DNA of 64,000 nt from Terriglobia bacterium (GCA_965206645.1 CBDBKE010000003.1:204425-268424); one strand, 5' to 3'. Numbered from the stretch's first letter, positions 48,055 through 58,784 are shown. Notes: a model not told the origin generated them from the sequence alone. A program made the numbers and translations.

Positions 48055-48633
48055 TCAATGGGCGGTGGGCTGCCGCATTCCCTCCCAGCGCTTTACAATT
48101 CCCACGTCGAGGCCAAACAGGTCGAGCACGCGCCCCACGGTGTGGTTGACGATGTCGTCCACCGACTGCGGGTGGTTGTAGAAGGCGGGTACCGGAGGGG
48201 CGACGATGGCGCCCATCTGGGTCACCATCTCCAGGTTGCGGATGTGCGCCAGAGTCAACGGCGCCTCGCGCACCAGTAAGACCAGGCGTCGCCGTTCTTT
48301 CAGCGTCACGTCGGCCGCCCGCGCCAGCAGGTTGTCACAGACGCCGGTGGCCACCGAAGCCAGGGTCTTGACCGAGCAGGGTGCGATGACCATGCCCTCC
48401 GTCTGGAACGAGCCGCTGGAGAGCTCGGCGGCGATGTCCTGCACCGGGTAGGAGCGGTCGGCCAAGGCCCGGACTCGCTCCACCGTGTAGGAGGTCTCCC
48501 AGGCGATGGTTCGTTCGGCGGCGCGGGAAATCAGCAGGTGGGTTTCCACACTGCGCTCGCCGCGCAGCACCTCCAGCAGGCGCACCCCGTAGATGGCGCC
48601 GGTAGCCCCCGAGATTCCGACGATCAGGCGCAC
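48055..48633 (-). CDS. ubiX: UbiX-family flavin prenyltransferase
   Basis: MRLIVGISGATGAIYGVRLLE is the typical UbiX N-terminus. Confidence 0.9.
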   Translation of the reverse strand: MRLIVGISGATGAIYGVRLLEVLRGERSVETHLLISRAAERTIAWETSYTVERVRALADRSYPVQDIAAELSSGSFQTEGMVIAPCSVKTLASVATGVCDNLLARAADVTLKERRRLVLLVREAPLTLAHIRNLEMVTQMGAIVAPPVPAFYNHPQSVDDIVNHTVGRVLDLFGLDVGIVKRWEGMRQPTAH

Positions 48634-48655
48634 CGGCGAATTATACCGCTACCAA

Positions 48656-48780
48656 TATCGGATTTCGGTGTCGGATTTCGGCGGCGGGTTTCGGTACGCA
48701 TTTCGGCAGGCGATGAAGCGGTCTGCGGGCGCTTGACTGCCGCCCTTGTTCAGGCCCCGTTCAGGCCTTGTTTAGGCCTT
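48656..48780. repeat. two clusters of short direct repeats: (G)GATTTCGG-type x4 at ~13-bp period, and GTTCAGGCC-type x3
   Basis: atcggatttcggtg / tcggatttcggcg / gcgggtttcggtacg / catttcggcagg, then gttcaggccccgttcaggccttgtttaggccttgtccagg. They lie in the divergent region upstream of ubiX. Confidence 0.6.
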
Positions 48781-48918
48781 GTCCAGGGTTGTGGCTCCCG
48801 GCCAAGGATACCGCGTGCCGGTGGTAGAATCGCGGGGTGGCGGCGCCGGTCTTTGCTTGCTTCAAGTGCGGGGAGGTTGTGCGGGCAGCAAGGTGGGGCG
48901 CCGGGAAGCCTGTCCTAA

Positions 48919-49140
48919 GTGCTCGGCCGACCGCATTGTTGCCTGAACTGCGCCTTCTACGACTCCCATGCGCACAGCCAGTGCCGCGAAACGCAGGCGG
49001 AATGGGTGCGCTACAAGGAAGAGGCCAACTACTGCGACTACTTCCGGCCGCTGCTGGCGGAGGGCCGTGGGGCAGCGGGCAAAGCCAGCTCCTCTGCTGA
49101 GGAAGTCCGCAAGAAACTCGACAACCTGTTCAAGATCTGA
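48919..49140 (+). CDS. small Cys-rich hypothetical protein (possible remnant of a frameshifted zinc-ribbon gene)
   Basis: GTG start. Adjacent alternative frames carry CFKCGE and CPKCSAD zinc-ribbon-like motifs. Confidence 0.3.
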   Translation: MLGRPHCCLNCAFYDSHAHSQCRETQAEWVRYKEEANYCDYFRPLLAEGRGAAGKASSSAEEVRKKLDNLFKI

Positions 49141-49167
49141 GTTCGCAGGCCGTGTAAGATATCCTCT

Positions 49168-49887
49168 ATGGATACGCAGCCGCGGCTTGTCCGTCGCTTC
49201 CTCAGCCTGGGGGTGGCGGTTGGGCTGTTGGGCGCTGCGGGCTGGGCGCAATCGTTAGGCGAGGTGGCGCGTCGCAACCGCGCCGAGAAAAGAACCCGGC
49301 CCAAAGCCACTCGCGTCTATACCAACAATGACCTGCCCCGCTCCGGCGGCCTGAGCACCACCGGCACGGAAGAGAAAAGTCAGATTCAACAGGCCGAGAC
49401 GGTCGAGGTAAAGCCTGGTGAGTCGCTGGCGCCCTTCGTCCCCTCGCCACAAATGTTGGTCGATCGGATGCTTCAGCTAGCCGAAGTCGGGCCCAGGGAT
49501 ACCGTCTATGACATGGGCTCCGGCGACGGCCGCATTCCCATCACGGCCGCGCGGAAATTCGGCGCCAATGCCGTCGGCGTGGAGTTGAACGAAAGCTTGT
49601 ACAAGCAGAGCCAGGCCCGCGTCAACGAGCTGAACCTTCAGGACAAGGTGACGATCATTCAGGGCGACATGCTGCAGGTGGATTTGAGCCCGGCCACCGT
49701 GGTTACCCTCTACCTGCTGACCAGCGCCAACGATAAACTGCGGCCGAGAATGGAGAAGTACTTGAGAAAAGGCGCTCGGGTCGTTTGCCACGACTTCCAA
49801 GTGTCTGGCTGGGAGCCGTACCAAGTCCAAAACGTGATCGAGGACGAGAACAGCCGCCGGCATGTGCTCTACCTTTACCGGCGGTAG
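49168..49887 (+). CDS. secreted class I SAM-dependent methyltransferase
   Basis: Signal peptide. Motif I VYDMGSGDGRI. Confidence 0.7.
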   Translation: MDTQPRLVRRFLSLGVAVGLLGAAGWAQSLGEVARRNRAEKRTRPKATRVYTNNDLPRSGGLSTTGTEEKSQIQQAETVEVKPGESLAPFVPSPQMLVDRMLQLAEVGPRDTVYDMGSGDGRIPITAARKFGANAVGVELNESLYKQSQARVNELNLQDKVTIIQGDMLQVDLSPATVVTLYLLTSANDKLRPRMEKYLRKGARVVCHDFQVSGWEPYQVQNVIEDENSRRHVLYLYRR

Positions 49888-49901
49888 CAGGTTTCGGACG
49901 C

Positions 49902-51164
49902 TCATTTACCGAGCGTCTCTGTCGGATCAATCCGCAGCCAGAACAGCGCGCCCACCAAGTACGTCGCTGTGGCCACGAAAAAGGGAAGTTCCCAAGAGCC
50001 AAAGCGCTCCACGAAGATGCCCACCAGAAAGGGCGACAGCGTTCCGCCCAGGTTGCCGAAGGTGTTCATGCAGCCGGAAACGGTGCCGGCATACTGCTTG
50101 CCGGTGTCTATGCACACCGCCCAACAGGCGCTCAGGGCGAGGTCGTTACAGAAGGCGGAGAACGAAATAGCCAGAATGGCATATAGGGGGTGGGACAGGA
50201 ACACGCTGATGAGCAGGAAGGCGCCGGCCCCCAGAAGCCCCAGTAGCCCCAGTAGCCCCACAACACGCCGCCCGAACTTCAGGCCCCGTCGCCGGACCAG
50301 CGCGTCGGTCAGGAGGCCGCCCAGCACACAGGCGAAGGCGCCGAACAACAGCGGCATGCCGGCGTACAGACCGCTCTGCTCAGGCGATAGGCCGCGCGCT
50401 TCCTGCAAGTAGGTTGGCAGCCAGGTGATGTAGAAGTACCAGCCATAAAACATGAAGCCGTACATCAGGCAGATGGCCCACAGGTTGGAGCTGGTCACCA
50501 GGGCTCGCCAGGGAACGCGGGGGCGGCCGTGCGACGCCGGGTCTGCGTCCCGCCCGCGAATCAGTTCCAGCTCGGCTTGGTTCACCGAAGCCTTTTCCGT
50601 CGGCTCGTCGCGGAACCAGGAATAGAAGGCGGCGGCCCAGAACAAACCCAGCGCGCCAAAGACAGCAAAGGTGGGACGCCACCCCAACACCGCCATCAGG
50701 GCTACAACGGCGTAGGGAGTGAGCGAGCCACCCAGGCGGGAGCCGGTGAAGATCAGCCCATGGGCCCGGCCGCGCTCGGTGGCCGGCATCCAGCGCGAGA
50801 AGATCCGGGTGCAGTTGGGGAAGGCGCCTGCCTCGCCGGCGCCAAACAAGAAACGACAGGCGACCAACGACAGGAAGTTCCAGGCCGCTCCGGTCAACGC
50901 GGTAAACACAGACCACCAAACCACGATGCGGGTTAACACCCGCCGCGAACCGCGGACGTCGCCCCACCAACCGGCGGGGATCTCGAAGACGGCATAGGCC
51001 AGTGTGAAGGCGCTGAAGACCGCGCCCATCTGTACGCGCGACAGCCCCAGTTCCGCAGCGATCGCCGGTGCCGCAGCCGCAATACAGACCCGGTCAATGT
51101 AGGTGATGACCGAAAGCGCGAAGGCGAAGGTCAGCACCACATAGCGGACACGGCTGGCGGGCAT
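49902..51164 (-). CDS. MFS transporter (anion:cation symporter-like)
   Basis: 12 TM helices and a DRVCIAAAAP...G.WGDVRGSRR MFS signature. Confidence 0.85.
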   Translation of the reverse strand: MPASRVRYVVLTFAFALSVITYIDRVCIAAAAPAIAAELGLSRVQMGAVFSAFTLAYAVFEIPAGWWGDVRGSRRVLTRIVVWWSVFTALTGAAWNFLSLVACRFLFGAGEAGAFPNCTRIFSRWMPATERGRAHGLIFTGSRLGGSLTPYAVVALMAVLGWRPTFAVFGALGLFWAAAFYSWFRDEPTEKASVNQAELELIRGRDADPASHGRPRVPWRALVTSSNLWAICLMYGFMFYGWYFYITWLPTYLQEARGLSPEQSGLYAGMPLLFGAFACVLGGLLTDALVRRRGLKFGRRVVGLLGLLGLLGAGAFLLISVFLSHPLYAILAISFSAFCNDLALSACWAVCIDTGKQYAGTVSGCMNTFGNLGGTLSPFLVGIFVERFGSWELPFFVATATYLVGALFWLRIDPTETLGK

Positions 51165-51225
51165 CGCAACCTAATCTGCCACAGGAGGGGACAGACTGCC
51201 CAACTTTTGTGATACTTTTCGGCCC

Positions 51226-51537
51226 ATGCGGGCAGCCATTCCGGTGCTGGGATGTCCTAGCTGTGGCTCTCAGGCCGTGATCTATAGCTGCGAGCCTAAG
51301 TGTTGCTTCAATCACATTTGCAGTGATTGTCACACGAGCTTCGAACTGGAGACGTCTGACACAGGGCGAGAGCTGGCCGGAGTGGAGCCGCCGGAACGTA
51401 CCCTGGAGGCTTGTGATCCCACCACCGAATGCGCCCGTTGCCACAGCCTCACTGTCTACCAGGTGGGCGAGGGCTGCGTGTGCCTGAGCTGCTCAGCGTT
51501 GCTGGAATTACATTATACGGAAATCTCCCCCGCCTAG
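51226..51537 (+). CDS. small Cys-rich hypothetical protein (two putative zinc-ribbon-like CxxC pairs)
   Basis: CPSCGS...CSDCH...CARCHS...CLSC arrangement. Confidence 0.45.
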   Translation: MRAAIPVLGCPSCGSQAVIYSCEPKCCFNHICSDCHTSFELETSDTGRELAGVEPPERTLEACDPTTECARCHSLTVYQVGEGCVCLSCSALLELHYTEISPA

Positions 51538-51626
51538 TCCGAAACCGGACGTGGAGTTTGACTTCTTGCGCAGGGCAGGGTTATTTTGCTGCCACCCCGG
51601 AGGAGCAGTACCACGGGAGCAGCCTA

Positions 51627-51974
51627 TTGCAAACGGAACTGGAGCGTCACGCAGGGACTTTTCTTTTGCGATTGAAAGGCGACATGCGCCTGTGGGGTAA
51701 ACCGGACCGCGGAGGGAACATCGTGAAGGCGTTCCGCTCCGTTTTGGAGGACACGCCGGGCCGACTCGTGCTGAGCCTAACCGGTGTGGACCACCTGGAT
51801 ACCCTCGGCATCTCTTCTCTGGTCAAAATTCTGATCGACTGCTCCAAGCACGAGATTGAACTGCGGTTGGTCATGGCAACGGGATTGGCGGGGGAAGCGG
51901 TGCGGCGAGTGCATATCTTCGAGCCCTCGCTCGTGTTCCCCGACGAACAGTCGGCCTTGCAGGAGGGAGCTTAA
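51627..51974 (+). CDS. STAS-domain protein (anti-sigma factor antagonist-like)
   Basis: LVLSLTGVDHLDTLGISSLV is the STAS core. I chose the TTG start at 51627, 7 nt after GGGAG. The longer ORF from 51429 is less likely. Confidence 0.55.
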   Translation: MQTELERHAGTFLLRLKGDMRLWGKPDRGGNIVKAFRSVLEDTPGRLVLSLTGVDHLDTLGISSLVKILIDCSKHEIELRLVMATGLAGEAVRRVHIFEPSLVFPDEQSALQEGA

Positions 51975-51979
51975 CAAAC

Positions 51980-52011
51980 AGGTATAGGCAGGATATAGGC
52001 AGGGTATAGGC
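51980..52011. repeat. tandem ~11-bp repeat AGG(N)TATAGGC x3
   Basis: aggtataggc / aggatataggc / agggtataggc, in the convergent 3' region between the STAS gene and thiG. Confidence 0.6.
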
Positions 52012-52051
52012 CAGAGGAGAGGGAAGCGACGACGGGTAGATATCTTACGTC

Positions 52052-52828
52052 CTACCGCACGACACCCTCCAGAGGGCTGCTGGCGGAAGCATACAGACGG
52101 CGTGGCATACGCCCTGCCAAGTAAGCCAGCCGGCCCGCCTCGACAGCCAGCTTCATTGCATGAGCCATCACTTCTGGCTCCTGGGCCAGGGCCACACCGC
52201 TGTTCATCAGAACGGCGTCGGCTCCCAGTTCCATGGCCACGGCAGCGTCGGAGGCCGTGCCCACGCCGGCGTCCACGATCAGCGGCACTTCGGTAATCAT
52301 CTCGCGCAGAATGCGGAGGTTGGAAACGTTCTGGATCCCCATGCCGGAGCCGATGGGTGCCCCCAAGGGCATTACAGCAGCGGCTCCGGCGTCAATCAAC
52401 CGCCGTGCTGCCACCAGGTCGTCGTTGGTATAGGGCAGCGCGACGAAGCCTTCCTTCACCAGCACGCGGGTGGCTTCCAGCAGACCAAAATTGTCGGGGA
52501 ACAGGGTCTTTTCATCGCCAATCACTTCCAGCTTGATCCAGTGCGAGAGGCCCACTTCCCGTGCCAGGCGGGCGGTCCGGATGGCCTCGTCGGCGGTGTA
52601 GCAGCCTGCCGTGTTCGGCAAGATGAAGTACTTCTTGGGATCAATGTAGTCCAGCAAGGACTCGCGAGAGCGGTCGGTCAGGTTCACCCGGCGAATCGCC
52701 ACAGTGACCATTTCGGCGCCGGTGGCTTCCAGGCAGCGAGCCATCTGGTGGAAGCTGGCGTACTTGCCCGAGCCGATGATGAGCCGCGAACGGAACTGGC
52801 GGTCAGCGATCTTCAGTGCCATGTCCAT
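52052..52828 (-). CDS. thiG: thiazole synthase
   Basis: IIGSGKY...LPNTAGC...KLEVIGD motifs. No thiS gene lies upstream. Confidence 0.9.
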   Translation of the reverse strand: MDMALKIADRQFRSRLIIGSGKYASFHQMARCLEATGAEMVTVAIRRVNLTDRSRESLLDYIDPKKYFILPNTAGCYTADEAIRTARLAREVGLSHWIKLEVIGDEKTLFPDNFGLLEATRVLVKEGFVALPYTNDDLVAARRLIDAGAAAVMPLGAPIGSGMGIQNVSNLRILREMITEVPLIVDAGVGTASDAAVAMELGADAVLMNSGVALAQEPEVMAHAMKLAVEAGRLAYLAGRMPRRLYASASSPLEGVVR

Positions 52829-53078
52829 AGGCCTATTGTATGCCTGCGGCCGCAGTGAGGCAAACTACCCAGCCAAGCCCAGAGGCCAACGAAGCCCGGA
52901 GACCGGTGGCAGCCGGGTGCGCCAGATCTAGCAGACTGGCACACCTGTGCCACTCCGGGCCAGTGCACCAAGGTCCTGGGACACTTTTACCTCAAGACCG
53001 TTGACTTGGAACGGGGAATTCTGCTATATGTTCCGCGGTATAATTGATTTGTTTGCCGTTACGAGAGGGGAAGAACCA

Positions 53079-53402
53079 ATGATTCAACTGACTGATATGG
53101 CGGTCTCCAAAGTAAGGGAAATCCTGGACCAACAGTCGCCTCGTCCGGCGGGACTGCGCATCGCCGTAGTGGGCGGTGGCTGCTCGGGGTTCTCTTACCA
53201 TATGGCCTTCGACAACCAGTCCAACGGGACCGACAAGGTGCTGGATTATGAGGGACTGAAGATCTTCGTGGACCAGGCCAGCCTGCTTTACGTGGACGGG
53301 ACCGAGGTCGATTACGTGGAAAGCTTGGAAGGCGCCGGGTTCAAGTTCAACAACCCGAACATCAAGAGCACTTGCGGCTGCGGTAGCTCGTTCAGCGTTT
53401 AG
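53079..53402 (+). CDS. iron-sulfur cluster insertion protein, IscA/ErpA (HesB) family
   Basis: GGGCSGFSY and C-terminal CGCGSSF motifs. ATG at 53079 after GAGAGGGG. Confidence 0.9.
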   Translation: MIQLTDMAVSKVREILDQQSPRPAGLRIAVVGGGCSGFSYHMAFDNQSNGTDKVLDYEGLKIFVDQASLLYVDGTEVDYVESLEGAGFKFNNPNIKSTCGCGSSFSV

Positions 53403-53839
53403 CCAGTCCGGCAAACGCTTCGCGGTCACAACTTCTTCGTGGCCCTAGGCTTGAGGTAAGCGAGAAGGTTTACCATGGGCCTGGGGCTTCCGTTTTTTCC
53501 TTTCTGCCTTGTTTCTTCACTGTCATGTGAGCGAAGGAAATTGGGCGCTAGCCTGAGGGGCCGATTGCTGGCGCACTGGGCTCCTGCAGTTGGACTGCGC
53601 ACCGAATCGTCGACCGGTCAGGGACCGCGCCCGATGCTTTTCCAAAGCCGGCTACACGTTCCTGTACGGAGGCCGGGAGACGCTAAGATTTTCACCCGTT
53701 GCACGCTCTTCTACCGTTGCTGCCTGCCTGATCCGACTCCAACTTCACATCGGCCTTTCTGGTTTGACATGGGCTAAGTGGGCTTCTAGAATCGGGCTCG
53801 TGTGGTTGGAATCGAGCAGCAGGCCATCACGGGTGACAC

Positions 53840-54166
53840 TTGTCTTCGGCTGAAGCGCGCAGAAGTCCGCGAGTTCTGGCCCAGATTTCGATCCTGATCA
53901 CAGGAGAGGGACCCCTGTACAACGGCCACACCGCGGTGGTCAACCGCCACGGGGCCATGGTCTTGTGTCCCGAGAACTATCCCCTCCAGACCGTGCTAGA
54001 GATCCAGAATTTGGCTAGCGACCAGTGTGCCAAGTGCCGGGTAGTTTGGCTTGGCGGGGAAGACCGGCCGGGGACCTACAAGCTGGGAATCGAGCTGGTC
54101 GAGGAACTGCCGGAGTTCTGGAGGGTGGATTACCAGAGTGCCATTCCAGCGCCGCCGCCTTCGTAG
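53840..54166 (+). CDS. PilZ-like domain protein (tentative)
   Basis: N-terminal RRSPR motif. The second PilZ motif is only partly conserved. TTG start. Confidence 0.4.
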   Translation: MSSAEARRSPRVLAQISILITGEGPLYNGHTAVVNRHGAMVLCPENYPLQTVLEIQNLASDQCAKCRVVWLGGEDRPGTYKLGIELVEELPEFWRVDYQSAIPAPPPS

Positions 54167-54264
54167 CGCTCCCCCTAAGGTCCCTAATTTCAGGAAACTA
54201 CCCCAACTCCCTTTCGCTTGCAGACAGAAAGCGGCGGCGATAAAATCAACCTCCCCGGTTCTGC

Positions 54265-57200
54265 GTGCGACCAATGACCCGGCATTCTCACCGGATTCTG
54301 TTTGTGGTGCTGTGGACGGCAGCGTTCGCCACCGCCGCCAGTGCGCAGGTGATTTCGACTGTTGTCGGCAACATTTCCGCAGCCGACGGCCTCCAGGCGC
54401 GCGAGACTCCTCTGGTCATTCCCCGCGCCGTGACTGTGGACCAGGACGGCTTTATTTACATTGCTGATGACGGCAGCGGCACGGTACGCCGCATTGACCC
54501 GATCACCGGCATTGCCACCGTCATTGCTGGCGGCGGGACTGTGGTGGATGACCTGATCCCGGTCCCCGGCAAGTCAGCCTTTCTGAACAGCCCTGTGGGG
54601 GTAGGTATTGGCGCAGATCGGAACCTCTACATTGCCGATGACGGGAACAATCGTGTCCGGCTATTGACCTCCGATGGGTTTCTGACGACCGTAGTCGGCA
54701 ACGGCAGCTCTGGCTTCTCCGGAGACGGCGGTCCCGCTACGCGCGCGCAGTTGTTCCTGCCCACAGGAGTCGCAACGGATTCGGCTGGGAACCTCTACAT
54801 CACCGACCGCGGGAATGAGGCCATCCGCAAGGTGGACGCCGCCAGCGCCGTGATCACGACGATTGCTGGGGGCCCCAACGCCAACAGTTTTAGCGACGGC
54901 ATTCCGGCCACTGCGGCCAGGCTCTTCAGCCCATACGGGATCGCCGTGGACGGGGCCGGCAATGTTTTCTTTGCCGACGAAGACGACCACCGGGTGCGCA
55001 AGATTGAGGCGGCCACCGGCCTGATCCGCACCGTGGCGGGTACCGGTTTTTCGGGGACCAGCGGCGACGGCGGGCCGGCGACTTCGGCCAACCTTCTGTC
55101 GCCCAGCGGCGTGGCAGTGGCGCCCAACGGCGACCTCTACATCGGTCATAGCGGCCGGGTGCGCAAGGTGGACGCAGGCACGGGCGTGATTACGACCGTC
55201 CTGGGCGGCGGTAATTTCATCCTGAGCGAGGGACGTCCGGGAACGGACGTCTTCATACCGAGTTCGATCCGGCACATGTTCCTGACTCCGGCAAACGTTC
55301 TTCTCCTAGCTCTCACTGGGGACAACCTGATCGGGCAGCTCAACCTGACTACCGGCATCTTCAGTATTCTGGCCGGAGACCCGCTGCGAGTGGGTGACGG
55401 CGGGCTGGCGCAGACGGCGGCTGTCGCCCAACCACATCAACTGACCCTGGATGCCACGGACAACCTCTATATTGCCGACAAGTTCCATCACCGGGTACGG
55501 CGCGTCTCGCCGGGAACCGGAGGGTTGGGAACCGGGACCATCACCACCGTGGTGGGAGACGGGTTTCCCGCGTTTGCCGAAACCAGCGGGCCGGCTGCCA
55601 GCACTTCCATTACCTTCCCGGAGGGGGTCTTTGTGGATGCGAGCAACCGGGTGTACTTCACCGACAATTTCCGGCGCGTCCGCATGGTCGATTCCGGCGG
55701 GATGCTCCAGACGGTGCCTGGCCTCAGGACCGTCGGCTTTTCTGGCGACGGCGGCCCAGCGATCGAGGCTGAACTGAACACTCCCCGCGGCATGACGATG
55801 GACAGCGTCGGCAACCCGTATATTGCCGACACGTTCAACGATAGGGTGCGAACGATTGATCCCAACGGAATCATCCAGACGATTGCCGGAACTGGAGAAT
55901 TCGGCTTTTCCGGCGATGGCGGGCCGGCCACGCAAGCCCAGATCAATGGGCCGTACGATTTGCTGCTGGACGACAACGGAGGCCTGCTGATCGCGGACCA
56001 CTTCAACCATCGCGTGCGGCGCATGGATTTGTCCACGGGGATCATCACCACCTTTGCCGGCAATGGGCGTTTCGCCTACAGCGGCGACGGGGGACCGGCG
56101 ACCGACGCCGGTGTCTCCAGGCCCCGGGGCCTGGCCATGGACGGGCAGGTAATGTGCTGATCACCAGCATCAACACCGTGCGCCGGGTGGATGCGGCCAC
56201 CGGCATCATCAGCACCGTCGCCGGCGCCGGCGACCCGGGGTTCCGGGGAGATGGAGGGCTGGCCACTCTGTCGCGCCTGAGTGGCGCGCAGGGCATCGTA
56301 GTGGGCAGCGCGGGCGACGTGATTTTTTCTGACGGCGTGAACAACCGCATTCGGCGCGTCTCGGCGGTCGTAGTGGTGCCCATGCTGGCAGTGAGCCCTA
56401 CCACACTTTCCTTCCGGGCCCTGGAAGGAGGTCAGTCGCCGGCCGGGCAGAGCCTCCAGGTGAGTACCAGCAACCTGGCCAGCACCTCCTGGACGGCTTC
56501 AGTGCAACTGGCCAGCGGCTCGGGCTGGTTGACAGTCCAACCGATCTCCGGCATGACGCCTGCTGTCGTGCAGATCGCGGTGAACTCTTCGGGGCTCCCC
56601 GCTGGCACGTTTACCGGAAGCATCACAATCACCGCGGCCGGCGCAACCAACTCACCTCAGACGGTCTCGGTCACTCTGACCGTGGAGCCGGGCGGCAGTC
56701 CAAAGCTGGCGTTGGACCCGCAATTCCTCACCTTCCGGGCGACGCAGGGTGGGGCCGACCCTCCGCCGCAAACGGTAACGTTAACCAATGCCGGCGGCGG
56801 CGTGTTGCAGTGGTCCGGCACGGTTCAAGCCAGTGGCGGCAACTGGCTCTCGGTTTCCCCTGGCAGCGGTACCGGCGCGGCCACGTTGACCCTGTCGGCC
56901 ACGCTGGGTTCGTTGCCCGCCGGTGTCTACCAGGGCCTGTTACTGGTGACCAATCTCAGCGCGGGTGAAAGCCTGGCAGTCTCGGTGGCGTTCATTGTGA
57001 GCGAACCGGTCTCTTCGCTGCTGCTGAGCCAGACCGGGGCCTTGTTTACGGTGAACGAAGGCGGTTCGTTTGTCCCGCCGGGGGACGTGCTGGTGGTGAA
57101 CGCGGGCCAGGGGGGGATGATCTGGCAGGCCGAGGTCCTGCCCCTTTCTGGCGGGAACTGGCTGGGGCTATCCGCGGCTTCCGGAAGCAGCGCTCCGGAT

Positions 57201-58784
57201 CTGGCTGCGGCGTTGCAATTGTCGCCGAGCCCGGCCGGGCTGAGTCCCGGCGTCTACGATGCGCTGGTGCAGGTCTCCGCCTCCGGCGCCACCAACTCCC
57301 CGCAGTTGCTGTTGGCCCGGCTCCAGGTGCAGCCCAGCGGGACTGCGCCGGTGGGCAGCATCCGTCCCGGTGGCATTGCGCTGGTCGGTGAGTCTGGCGG
57401 GGCGATACAACAGGGTTCGCTGACGGTCAGCACTACAGGCGGGGCAACGCTGAGCTATGCGACTTCCGCCAGCACCTCCGACGGCGCCCTCTGGCTTTTG
57501 GTCTCCCCGCCCGGCGGCAGCCTGCAAGGTTCCGCCGACCGCAGCACCATCAACGTGCAGGCTAACCCAGCCCAACTGTCGCCTGGCGTCTACCGGGGCA
57601 AAGTGGCGGTGGCCTTCAGCACGGGCGTCACCCAGGACGTCAGCGTGTTGCTGGTGGTGACGCAGCAGGGTGCCGCAGCAGTGGCCAGCCGGCAGTCGTA
57701 CGCGGGGGCTGGACTGGCACAGGCCGCCTGCACTCCTACCCAGCAGTTCCCGCTCCAGGTTGCCCTGACCAATGGCAGCAGCGTGCCCACGGGATTTGGC
57801 ACGGTGGTGCAGGTTACCGTCCTGGATGACTGCGGCATGACAGTGAATAACTCGGTGGTGGTTGTCCAGTTCGGCAACGGTGACCCGGCCTTGGTCCTGG
57901 ATCCCAAGAAGAGGGTTGGTCCCGGCCTCTATTCGGGAACGTGGAAACCGGGGCAACAGGGCGCGACCAAAGTCACCGTGCAAGCCACCGGCAGCGGCTT
58001 GGCGCCAGGCCAGACGGATCTGCAGGTTGAGATTTCCGTGCAGGGCGCCGCCCTGACGAGCCCGGAGATTTCCACCAACGGCGCGGTGCATGGCGCCCAT
58101 TTCAATCTCATCGGCGGGGTCAAGCAGGTCGCCCCGTTAGCGCGAGGCCAGATTTTTTCGGTGTTTGGCACGCGACTGGCCACCGGGCGCAGCTTCGCTG
58201 ACCGGGTCCCGTTGCCACGCTCGCTGGCGGGGGTCACCGCCAAGCTGGCCGGCACCGACGTGCCTTTGTTCTTCTCCGACACCGGGCAGTTAAACGCGCA
58301 GATCCCCTTTGAACTGCCGTCCGGCGGCACCTTCCCGCTTGTGATTACCATGGGCGGGCTGGGCAGCACGCCCGAACTGATCACCTTGACGAACACGCAG
58401 CCAGGCATCTTTACGGTTGCCCAAAGCGGGAGCGGTCCCGGAGTCATCACCGACGCGCCGGGCACCCTGATCGATACCGCGAATCCCGCCCAGCGCGGCC
58501 AGGTCGTGATCGTCTACGCCACCGGCCTGGGGCCCACCAACCCTACAGTGCCCACCGGAGAGGCTACCCCCTTCGGCATGCTGGCGCGGGCGGTAGACGG
58601 CGTGACCGTAGCCGTCGGGGGTGTTCCGGCGACTGTGGATTTTGCAGGGCTGACCCCAGGCTTTGTTGGGCTCTACCAGGTTAACGTTCGTATCCCGGAC
58701 AACGCGCCGTTGGGCGATGAGGTGGAACTCTTTCTGGAACAAAACCAGATCCGAAGCAACACGGTGACCCTGGTGATTCAGTAG
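54265..58784 (+). CDS. giant secreted NHL-repeat protein with Ig-like repeats and a Soli_cterm (TIGR03437-like) C-terminal domain, split into two ORFs by an apparent 1-nt frameshift near 56143-56150
   Basis: Signal peptide, more than 15 NHL-like blades (Y.AD..N.RVR), four ~100-aa Ig-like repeats and the GLYQVNV.IP...SNTVTL tail. ORFs 54265-56160 and 56154-58784 join through a ...LAMDG|(A)GNVLIT NHL motif. Confidence 0.75.

Noticed and set aside
52829-53078. Possible TPP riboswitch upstream of thiG
   Set aside because: I looked on the minus strand for the CTGAGA and ACCTGATCTGGATAATGCC cores and found neither. Only a generic GC stem is present.
53402-53840. ORFs 53475-53777 and 53590-53853 in the 440-bp gap before the PilZ-like gene
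   Set aside because: They have no motifs and a Pro/Arg/Leu-rich composition typical of spurious GC ORFs. The region more likely holds an erpA terminator hairpin (AGCGTTT...AAACGCT at 53394-53420) and the PilZ promoter.
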